64,000 nucleotides of DNA from Candidatus Bipolaricaulota bacterium (GTDB lineage Bacteria; Bipolaricaulota; Bipolaricaulia; UBA7950; UBA9294): NCBI GenBank assembly GCA_028277345.1, contig JANQGM010000023.1:7895-71894 (forward strand), written 5' to 3'. The notes beneath the pieces are model-generated. The model was not told where the DNA came from and did no database searches. It saw only the letters and a list, made by a program, of their open reading frames with translations. How positions within the stretch are numbered: position 1 is the stretch's first letter; each line of letters starts with the position of its first letter. The position numbers were made by a program, and so were the translations under genes. Below, in pieces: positions 18,751 through 25,896 of the stretch.

Positions 18751-20494
18751 CCCTGTCCTCGCTTCCATCTGTGATTATTGGTTCCACATGATCCGTGATC
18801 GGTAGATTCCCTTCCGGGGTTGCATGCCAGATTACAAGTCGCTTTTCATCATCAATCGCTTTCTTGGCCAGTGCGAAGTGCCTTTGGGCCTGTGTATCGC
18901 TCTTGTGACCTATGAATGCGACTGTTGCTCCAGTCTCCCTAACAGGATCGTATACGTTCTGTCTAATCTTCCGCTGGGCACTAGACATCCGCCGCAGACC
19001 TTTACCCGCCAAGTCTCTTATACAGATTGGGAGATCCTCGACAGGGCCCGTCAGAATTGTCTGCAATGCATCGAATCTCGCGTAGGTATCCGTCCTGAAC
19101 ACCTCGGAATCCTCATGAGGGTCTTGAGCAACTGCGAGTCGGAATGATATCCTTCTTCTATCTGAACGCATTGACCTCAAATTCTCCACTTTATCCCAAT
19201 CTGTTGTTGTGAGAGCAGCAAGGCAACCACTAGACAGCAGCAAGAGCCTCTCTCTGTCTACAACAGACATACTCTCAAGCAACGAAAGATCAAAGCTATG
19301 GCCATCCCTCAAGCACATATCAACATATCCATCGTCAGCTTTGTTTGCCTCAGTCCAGGTTGTGGTTGCCCTATCCCAAGAGTAGAGAACGGGTCTGAAC
19401 GGCCCGGTTCTACCATTCCCCTGCGCAGGTCCTCGTGATCCCTTTTGCGACGGTTTGTGCTGTTGCACCATGAAGACATGCTCATTGTAATTGAGGGAAT
19501 ACATATGGGCACTTGGCTCATAACAGCGTATGTAGTACAACCCCTTGTCATGCAAGGCTTGTATATGTAGATCACTGGTATCCGCGCTTGGCGCTCGAGT
19601 CAGGATAGTCGATCCCCCGTAGGGCGATCGAGATTTATCATGTGCAAAAACGAAATCCCTCGCCCAGTTAACCGAGAGGAATTCAACATGCACTGCGTCA
19701 TGATCATACAAATGACTGCGGAATGAGATAAAGCTAGTATGAGTCGGAGCAACGCATAGCTGGAGATGAACCACGAGCCACGGAGTGTGATAATCGGTTG
19801 ACCACGCCTCGTTTTTGAGATCTCCCAAGCTGTCTGAACAGATTAGCGGCACAAGCTTAATGGTGTTTTGATCTTTGGGATTGCGAAAGATAAACCGTGT
19901 GCTTCCCAATATCAGATTGTCAGGCTCAAATCGGTATTCCTTGTCAGCCATTTCCTGGCCTTTGAACTGAACAACAACCACGATTCGCATCTGTCCGCTC
20001 TTGTCCTTCAAAGAGAAGACACAACACACAGGGTCCAGGTATCCTTTCTGGTTTTCCGGGGTGTCCAACGTTTCGTCATATATCCAAACTATTTCAGGAT
20101 GTGATTCGATCAGGCTCTTGAGCGAATCTGGACGGATGCCTTCGCACCCCATGAGCCAAAGCGTTCCTTGTTTCGGAGCGTTGCCCCTCCGCAGCAGACG
20201 ATCGACAACTTCCCACGGGCACGAATACTCCGGAATGACCGCCAAGTCTGGATTCTCTTGCAGTGCAAGCTCGAGAAAGCTCTCATGTTTCTTTGGCGCC
20301 AATCGCCTATTTAAGTTGCGGACCACGTTGCTGACTTCGATCGGTCCTTGAGGCTGAAGTATCAGCGTTTTGTATCGAGCAGTGTTTGGTTTCAGAAACG
20401 GAAAGCCGGGTTGCGTAAATCCCTTCTGCGACAAGCGCTCGTCAACATACACGCATTCCACGCAACCACTCCTAATTACATGAAACGAAGTCAT
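18722..20494 (-). CDS. 590-aa protein: N-terminal nitrilase/CN-hydrolase-like domain (inferred) plus an unknown C-terminal domain
   Basis: Motif order matches the CN-hydrolase fold: TLILQPQG (first strand), DLAVIPEY (Glu, aa 89), VVVVQFKGQEMADKEY (Lys 178 or 185), KLVPLICSDSLGD (Cys 219, nt 19838-19840). The C-terminal ~280 aa has no motif I recognise. Its stop lies inside the ATPase gene. Confidence 0.75.
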   Translation of the reverse strand: MTSFHVIRSGCVECVYVDERLSQKGFTQPGFPFLKPNTARYKTLILQPQGPIEVSNVVRNLNRRLAPKKHESFLELALQENPDLAVIPEYSCPWEVVDRLLRRGNAPKQGTLWLMGCEGIRPDSLKSLIESHPEIVWIYDETLDTPENQKGYLDPVCCVFSLKDKSGQMRIVVVVQFKGQEMADKEYRFEPDNLILGSTRFIFRNPKDQNTIKLVPLICSDSLGDLKNEAWSTDYHTPWLVVHLQLCVAPTHTSFISFRSHLYDHDAVHVEFLSVNWARDFVFAHDKSRSPYGGSTILTRAPSADTSDLHIQALHDKGLYYIRCYEPSAHMYSLNYNEHVFMVQQHKPSQKGSRGPAQGNGRTGPFRPVLYSWDRATTTWTEANKADDGYVDMCLRDGHSFDLSLLESMSVVDRERLLLLSSGCLAALTTTDWDKVENLRSMRSDRRRISFRLAVAQDPHEDSEVFRTDTYARFDALQTILTGPVEDLPICIRDLAGKGLRRMSSAQRKIRQNVYDPVRETGATVAFIGHKSDTQAQRHFALAKKAIDDEKRLVIWHATPEGNLPITDHVEPIITDGSEDRDAINREHDF

Positions 20495-20505
20495 CCATCT
20501 GGAAG

Positions 20506-20534
20506 ACTATACAAATCTAGCTTATCCAGCGCAA
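20506..20534 (-). promoter_or_regulatory. Putative promoter of the low-GC two-gene cassette (TTGCGC-17-TATAGT)
   Basis: Read on the minus strand: -35 at 20534-20529, 17-nt spacer, -10 at 20511-20506, which is 11 nt upstream of ATG 20494. This implies a very short leader. Confidence 0.4.
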
Positions 20535-20537
20535 CAC

Positions 20538-20565
20538 TTGACACTCTTTGGCGTACTAGTATACT
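20538..20565 (+). promoter_or_regulatory. Near-consensus sigma70 promoter (TTGACA-16-TATACT) facing the ytrA-type operon
   Basis: -35 at 20538-20543 and -10 at 20560-20565. Back-to-back with the minus-strand promoter (3 nt between the two -35 boxes). The spacer contains ACTAGT/GTATAC palindromic elements. Confidence 0.45.
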
Positions 20566-20573
20566 AACACACT

Positions 20574-20792
20574 ATGACGACATGGAAGATGGAAACGACC
20601 CCGGCTGACCACGCCGGCATTCACCATACAGAAGACAAATCAGCACATCGCGAGCAGGTGCTCGGTGCCCCCGCCATCAGCCTGCTCGCGGCCCTCCCGC
20701 TCACAGGCCTTGGGCGACGGATGCGGATGAAGGAGATGACTCATGACGGACATCGGACGGAAACACCCGTGATGAAGGTGGTGTCACCATGA
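20574..20792 (+). CDS. Possible leaderless 72-aa upstream ORF coupled to the GntR gene
   Basis: ATG 8 nt after the -10 box. Stop TGA overlaps the GntR ATG (ATGA at 20789-20792). The sequence has no recognisable family, so it could equally be a 5' UTR. Confidence 0.25.
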   Translation: MTTWKMETTPADHAGIHHTEDKSAHREQVLGAPAISLLAALPLTGLGRRMRMKEMTHDGHRTETPVMKVVSP

Positions 20793-21166
20793 CAGAACAC
20801 GATGGATGGAGCCTCGATATGAGCAGTGGCCCAATCTTCGAGCAAATCGCGAAGAACGTGCACCAGATGTTGGCTCGCGGTGCGCTGACGCCGGGAGACA
20901 AACTCCCATCAGCCCGTGAATTGGCGGCCAGGCTGTCGGTGAACCCAAACACGATCGTGCACGCCTACGGACAACTGGAAGCGGACGGCGTCATCGAAAA
21001 GCGGCGCGGTCTGGGAACGTTCGTACGAGAAGACGCTCCTGTGACAGGAATGAAACACGAAATGCTGCATGGCGCCGCCTCGGCGTATGCAGAAGAGAGC
21101 AGACAGTTAGATGCCTCCATTCAGGAAGCCATCGCTGCGCTGAAGGAGGTTTGGGATGCTGGCTAA
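20789..21166 (+). CDS. GntR family transcriptional regulator, YtrA subfamily
   Basis: 125 aa. PIFEQIAKNVHQMLARGALTPGDKLPSARELAARLSVNPNTIVHAYGQLEADGVIEKRRGLGTFV is the GntR wHTH. The short C-terminus is typical of YtrA. ABC transporter genes follow. Confidence 0.85.
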   Translation: MTEHDGWSLDMSSGPIFEQIAKNVHQMLARGALTPGDKLPSARELAARLSVNPNTIVHAYGQLEADGVIEKRRGLGTFVREDAPVTGMKHEMLHGAASAYAEESRQLDASIQEAIAALKEVWDAG

Positions 21167-21836
21167 GCTTGACCATGTAACCAAACGCTATGTAAAGAAT
21201 GAAGGCTTGCGAGACCTCACGCTCGACTTTCCCGCTGGGCAAGTCGTGGGCGTACTCGGTCTCAATGGGAGTGGCAAGTCCACGATGTTGAAGCTGCTGG
21301 CGGGACTGCTGTTCCCAACGTCAGGACACGTTTCGGTGTTCGACGGCCAGCCGCGATCCAAGCGATCGAACATCGTGTTCCTCGGCGAGCGCGATGCGCT
21401 GTGGCCGTGGATGAAGCCAACGGATGCTGAGCGCTTCATGGGCAACCTGTACGCGGATTTCGATCGGACCCGATTCAACGAGCTGCTGGATGCCCTGGAA
21501 GTGCCACGTCGAAAGACGAAGACGATGTCCAAGGGCGAACGCGGACGGCTGCGGCTGGCGATGGCGCTGGCGCGCGATGCCAAGCTCTATCTGTTGGACG
21601 AGCCGTTGGGCGGCATCGATTTGATCAGCCGAGAGAAGATTCTCTCCTCGATCGTACAGGAGTGGCATACGGATGAGACGATCCTGTTGTCCACGCACGA
21701 AGTGGCGGAAGCCGAGGGCCTGTTCGAACGCGTCGTCTATCTGCGCGACGGCAAGCTGGCGCTCGATGTGTCGGCGGAATCGCTCCGTGAAGGCGGCAAG
21801 TCCGTTGTCGATACGTTCCGGGAGGTGCTCACATGA
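21156..21836 (+). CDS. ABC transporter ATP-binding protein
   Basis: Walker A GLNGSGKST, signature MSKGERGRL, Walker B LYLLDEP, H-loop STHEV. 11-nt overlap with the GntR gene. Confidence 0.9.
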   Translation: MLAKLDHVTKRYVKNEGLRDLTLDFPAGQVVGVLGLNGSGKSTMLKLLAGLLFPTSGHVSVFDGQPRSKRSNIVFLGERDALWPWMKPTDAERFMGNLYADFDRTRFNELLDALEVPRRKTKTMSKGERGRLRLAMALARDAKLYLLDEPLGGIDLISREKILSSIVQEWHTDETILLSTHEVAEAEGLFERVVYLRDGKLALDVSAESLREGGKSVVDTFREVLT

Positions 21837-22624
21837 AACGCTTTATGACGCTCGTCTGGCTTGAGCATCGCCGCAATTGGATGTGGTCGCTGCCTTTGCT
21901 CGGTTCGCTGTTGTTCTGGGCCTGGGGCATCAAGCAAGTGCTGATCATGGACGTGGCCGAACGTCTGGCCATCCGATCGGGATTGCTGCTCGCCGCCGCC
22001 GTCATCGGCGCCGTCGTGCTGGCCATTATGGTCGGCCGCATCCGTTCGGAAACGCGCAACGGACAGTATCAGGTCCTGTTGATGACGCCGCCGTCCGGCT
22101 ATGCGCACATCGGCGCGCGCTTTGCGTACGCCGCAGCGATTGGATTCGCCTATTACATCGCCATTGGATTCATGTTCTGGTGGATCCTGGAGCTTGCTGG
22201 TTTGCATTTGGACGCGAGGAGCCTGTTCGATCTGATCCTGTTCACACCGTTCTACGCGCTGAACATTACGGTTCTGCCGATGCTGGCGTACGTGCTGTTG
22301 CTGATGGTATTCATCAGTGCCTTCCGGATTTCCGGCTCGGGCTGGATTCCGGGATTGACGATGCTGCTTGCCTCACCATTTGCCTACAGCTGGTTGGGCG
22401 AGGGGATCGTCAAGGTGGCCTACACACTGCCGGGATGGAAGCTGTTCGTGAATGCGCCGGCCGCCATCATCGAGCGGTTCGGACAGATCGATCCCGAGAT
22501 TGGCACTGAGATCAATACCGCCATTTATGCCGGCGCGCCCATTGAACCGCTACTGATCATGATCGGACTCACGATCGTGTTGCTGGTTGTGACCGGCCGA
22601 ATCTGGCAGGAGGTGGAAGCATGA
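21833..22624 (+). CDS. Multi-pass membrane protein, probable ABC-2-type permease partner
   Basis: 263 aa with about 6 TM helices. ATGA overlap with the ATPase gene. No specific family recognised. Confidence 0.6.
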   Translation: MKRFMTLVWLEHRRNWMWSLPLLGSLLFWAWGIKQVLIMDVAERLAIRSGLLLAAAVIGAVVLAIMVGRIRSETRNGQYQVLLMTPPSGYAHIGARFAYAAAIGFAYYIAIGFMFWWILELAGLHLDARSLFDLILFTPFYALNITVLPMLAYVLLLMVFISAFRISGSGWIPGLTMLLASPFAYSWLGEGIVKVAYTLPGWKLFVNAPAAIIERFGQIDPEIGTEINTAIYAGAPIEPLLIMIGLTIVLLVVTGRIWQEVEA

Positions 22625-22785
22625 CACAGGTATTCCTGTTTGTATTGCGCGCCCTATTTGTCGCGCTGTTTCTGTTCTGGGGCTACCGCCTCTGGAAAGG
22701 CACGCGAAGCTGGACATCGCGCGTACTGGGCGTGATGTTCACCCTCATGCTGATTTGGCAAACGACACTCGGAACGTGGGAATGA
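22621..22785 (+). CDS. 54-aa two-helix membrane peptide (below the ORF-track cutoff)
   Basis: ATG 22621 overlaps the permease stop (ATGA). Hand translation: MTQVFLFVLRALFVALFLFWGYRLWKGTRSWTSRVLGVMFTLMLIWQTTLGTWE, stop at 22783-22785. Confidence 0.4.
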   Translation: MTQVFLFVLRALFVALFLFWGYRLWKGTRSWTSRVLGVMFTLMLIWQTTLGTWE

Positions 22786-22832
22786 TGCGCAACGAGAACC
22801 CTTTGAATAGACAAAAGAATCACGGAGGATCC

Positions 22833-23747
22833 ATGAAGGCACAAAAGAACCTAAGAGTTATTGCGGTTGTCGCGCTAAGCGCCGTGGTGGTGTTCGCGCT
22901 GTTCGGTTGCGATATTGAGGAAGTGATCGACGGCGCTATTGGCAACATCGAAGCGGTGCGCGAGGAGACGGCTTTCTTTGAATTGACGGGATTGGCGGAT
23001 TTGGACGTTGACACGTCAAACGGCTACGTCATCGTCGAATCGCACGAGGCCGAGAACGTGCTCGTGACCGCCAAGCTGCGTTCGCGCGGCAACTCCCTTG
23101 AAGAGGCGGAAGAGCGGGTCAACGCGATCGTCATTCACATGAACCAAGTGGGAAACAACATCGAGCTCATTTATCGCGGATCGGAGCAATCGTCGGAGGT
23201 GCGCCGCTCTTCGGGCGTGTCGTTCGAGGTTGCGGTCCCTGTTCAAGCCGACGTTGAAGTCGATACATCCAATGGCGAGATCACGGTTCGCGGCATCGAA
23301 GGCGAGTTCAACCTCGATACCTCAAACGGCGCCGTCACCTTGTCGGACTTGGTCGGTGTGCTCAACGTCGATACCTCGAACGGGCGAATCGATGTTCGCG
23401 GATTCAATGGCGTACTCGATATCGAAACGAGCAACGGTGCCATTGACATCTCCGAATCCTCGGCCTCGATCAGCGCACGGACGAGCAATGGGCGCATCGA
23501 TTTCTCGGGCGAACTGGTCGGTGATTCGCACTCCCTGCGAACGAGCAATGGCGCCATCACGGCTCGCGTGCAGCTCGATGCCTCCGTGACCATTGATGCG
23601 TCGACCAGCATTGGCAGCATTAGCTCGAATCTCGCTTTGACCGGCGATACGGAAGGCCGCGACTGGAATGCTGTCCTCAACGCACCGGCAACGCAGACGT
23701 TGAAGCTGCGAACGAGCAACGGGAGCATTCGCATTGAAGGCATTTAG
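22833..23747 (+). CDS. DUF4097-type (YvlB/LiaG-like) lipoprotein with repeated DTSNG beta-helix units
   Basis: ATG 22833 behind GGAGGA gives MKAQKNLRVIAVVALSAVVVFALFGC (lipobox). At least 7 repeats of [DE]TSNG-x-[IV] spaced ~19-20 aa apart. Confidence 0.75.
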   Translation: MKAQKNLRVIAVVALSAVVVFALFGCDIEEVIDGAIGNIEAVREETAFFELTGLADLDVDTSNGYVIVESHEAENVLVTAKLRSRGNSLEEAEERVNAIVIHMNQVGNNIELIYRGSEQSSEVRRSSGVSFEVAVPVQADVEVDTSNGEITVRGIEGEFNLDTSNGAVTLSDLVGVLNVDTSNGRIDVRGFNGVLDIETSNGAIDISESSASISARTSNGRIDFSGELVGDSHSLRTSNGAITARVQLDASVTIDASTSIGSISSNLALTGDTEGRDWNAVLNAPATQTLKLRTSNGSIRIEGI

Positions 23748-23791
23748 CAGTCCGTTTTTGAGAGAACCCACTGCGCAACAGTAGTGCACCG

Positions 23792-23822
23792 CGCGCGGCC
23801 GTGCGAACTTCGCGGCCGCGCG
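23792..23822 (+). terminator. GC-rich hairpin after the DUF4097 gene (putative terminator without a U-tract)
   Basis: cgcgcggccg (23792-23801) pairs perfectly with cggccgcgcg (23813-23822), with an 11-nt loop that can pair by 2 more bp. No T-run follows. Confidence 0.35.
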
Positions 23823-23917
23823 TCTCAGTAGGCGCCGGGATCTGTAGCAGGGGCCCAAATGAACCCCCAGGCTTCCTTCACTCACCTACCAGAAACACCA
23901 GAATCCCAAGGAGCCTC

Positions 23918-24685
23918 ATGACGGACTATCGCAAGTATTTCAAGAACCAGACACTGCCCGGCATGTCGGAGATGGAGACCGACATGATGAAGCGGCGTCC
24001 GCTTCCGCCGATTCAGAAGCCGTATCCTGCCGGCGCGAAGTTGGTAGATCTCCCGAAGCCTGAAGATTTTCGCGGGCTGTCCACAGCCTCGCTGTACGAG
24101 GCGATCGCCAACCGGCAGAGCCGCCGCATCTACTCCGATGAGCCGGTCTCGCTGGCCGAACTGTCGTTTCTGCTGTGGTGCACCCAGGGCGTGAAAGGGC
24201 TCATCCGTGACGGCCTGGTCACGCTGAGAACGGTGCCTTCCGGTGGAGGCATGCATCCGTTCGAAACCTATCTTGCAGTTCACAATGTCGCTGAGCTGGA
24301 TGCCGGCATCTACCGCTATCTGGCCATCGAACACCAATTACTCCGCGTATCGAGGGAGGTTCGCACCACGCGAGTGGAGATCACGGAGATCTGCAATCAG
24401 CAGCCCTATGTCGGCCAAGGCGCGGCCACCTTCATTTGGACTGTCCGTCCATATCGCACGGAATGGCGGTACGGCGAAGACACACTCAAGGACATCCTCA
24501 TGAGCGTGGGACACATCTGCCAGAATCTCTACCTGGCTTGCGAGGGCCTGGGGCTAGGCACTTGTGCCACCGTGGCCTATCAGCAAGATGAGCTCGACCG
24601 GTTTCTGGGGATTGACGGGGAGAATGAGATCGCGTTGTACGTCGCTCCCGTCGGCCGTATTAGTGGCGAAGACTCCATCCCTTAG
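23918..24685 (+). CDS. SagB/ThcOx-type nitroreductase-family dehydrogenase
   Basis: ATG 23918 behind AAGGAG. RQSRRIYSDEPVSLAELSFLLWCTQG, VPSGGGMHPFETYL, GIYRYL are typical of the SagB-type subfamily of nitroreductases. Confidence 0.7.
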   Translation: MTDYRKYFKNQTLPGMSEMETDMMKRRPLPPIQKPYPAGAKLVDLPKPEDFRGLSTASLYEAIANRQSRRIYSDEPVSLAELSFLLWCTQGVKGLIRDGLVTLRTVPSGGGMHPFETYLAVHNVAELDAGIYRYLAIEHQLLRVSREVRTTRVEITEICNQQPYVGQGAATFIWTVRPYRTEWRYGEDTLKDILMSVGHICQNLYLACEGLGLGTCATVAYQQDELDRFLGIDGENEIALYVAPVGRISGEDSIP

Positions 24686-24853
24686 CGGGAACCTCAAGCA
24701 CCGGCCCGCAGTCCGGCAGCTGGAACCCAACGGGCTGCGGGCAATCTCCATCGTCACCTCCGACCGTGTCGTGCTGTGTATTCGAACCGCTGTAACTTGG
24801 ACATATCGTCCTCAGCTCGCCTATACTTCCCTTCGATCGAAATAGGAGGGACT

Positions 24854-25816
24854 GTGAGCGAGAAAGAACCCTATCCACGAAGCGGATTTTTGGAAGCGAT
24901 TTTCGAAGCTCGCGCAGTTTGGGTATGGATTCTTCGCGGAATACTGCTTTTCGGATTAATTACCGGCACAGTTCATCTTGCCGACACTTTCGGCCTTCCA
25001 GGGCGGAGAAATGCTGTTCAGACAGACGCTGTGTTTTCGATGAACATCGAAGCATGGCACCAAGCCGGCTATCAAGGAGCAGGAATCGCCATCGCAATAG
25101 CCTCAACCGGCTTTCGACACTATGCGCGCCGGGCGTTTCGCGAGCTTCCTGCCTATTGGAAAATTCAAAAGCTGACCTATGGACGCGAAGTGAAGCGTAC
25201 TGTTGAAGAGATCTCAAGAGGAACGGCGTTAGCAGAGATCCTCTTCGATATCGCCCCACAAGCCACACTCATCCTCATCGACATCACCGACGACGCCGGA
25301 CATCTCCTACGTGCATTGAAAGAACTGTCTAGTGAGGAGCCTATTATTCTTCTAATTCCGTCAACGTTGGTTGCAGGCTTCTCGCAAGATGCACGCCGTC
25401 GCGTCGAAGAGCACATTCGCCGAATGCACCACCTTGAACTTCTGATCGTCACCGATCTGCCTACAGAAGGGATATCGATGACATCGCCAGTATTTGGTGG
25501 AGGACTTCAAGTCGCCCGATTCGTCTCGTCAGAGATGTCCGAATCGACTGCCGACGCTCTGATTTCAGCCCCTGGAACTGCTCCCACCCTGACGCTTGGC
25601 GCCGAACCCAGCGACGATGCTGAGAGCATCTACCCTCTCTCCGGCCACGATGTCGCCGCAGCGCACGTTGCCGCCGCAGCCGCGCTGGTATGGCAAGCCC
25701 ATCCCGAGTTGTCGGCAGGCGCTCTGAAAGAGAAGCTGCTTGACTACGCCCGACTGTCCCAAGGCGTTTCCGGCGCCTCGCACCCCGCACTTCGGCTGCC
25801 CGATCCTCCAACCTAG
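24854..25816 (+). CDS. Membrane-anchored subtilase (S8) homologue lacking the catalytic triad (pseudo-protease)
   Basis: GTG 24854 behind AGGAGG. One TM helix (VWVWILRGILLFGLITG). S8-like blocks are present, but Asp->Ser (IAIASTGF), His->Arg (SRGTALAEI) and Thr-Ser->His-Asp (LSGHDVAAAHVAAAAALVWQ). Confidence 0.6.
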   Translation: MSEKEPYPRSGFLEAIFEARAVWVWILRGILLFGLITGTVHLADTFGLPGRRNAVQTDAVFSMNIEAWHQAGYQGAGIAIAIASTGFRHYARRAFRELPAYWKIQKLTYGREVKRTVEEISRGTALAEILFDIAPQATLILIDITDDAGHLLRALKELSSEEPIILLIPSTLVAGFSQDARRRVEEHIRRMHHLELLIVTDLPTEGISMTSPVFGGGLQVARFVSSEMSESTADALISAPGTAPTLTLGAEPSDDAESIYPLSGHDVAAAHVAAAAALVWQAHPELSAGALKEKLLDYARLSQGVSGASHPALRLPDPPT

Positions 25817-25896
25817 CCGTCCACGCACGAAGCTTGCTTCAAGATGTCGGTTCATCGAAACTCCTGCTTTCCGAAAGCAAACGATGAGGAGGCAGT

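Noticed and set aside
15210-20531. Possible terminal inverted repeats of the low-GC island: cttccagat (15210-15218) matches atctggaag (20497-20505), and cgctggata (15235-15243) matches tatccagcg (20523-20531)
   Set aside because: Each is only 9 nt. The two pairs occur in the same left-to-right order rather than mirrored, so they do not form one inverted terminal repeat. Matches of this length between two ~300-nt flanks are expected by chance.
23016-23640. ~57-60-nt periodic repeats (gatacctc[ag]aacgg...)
   Set aside because: Not a CRISPR or DNA repeat element. The periodicity is the coding repeat of the DTSNG beta-helix units of the DUF4097 protein. The units are diverged and contiguous, without spacers.
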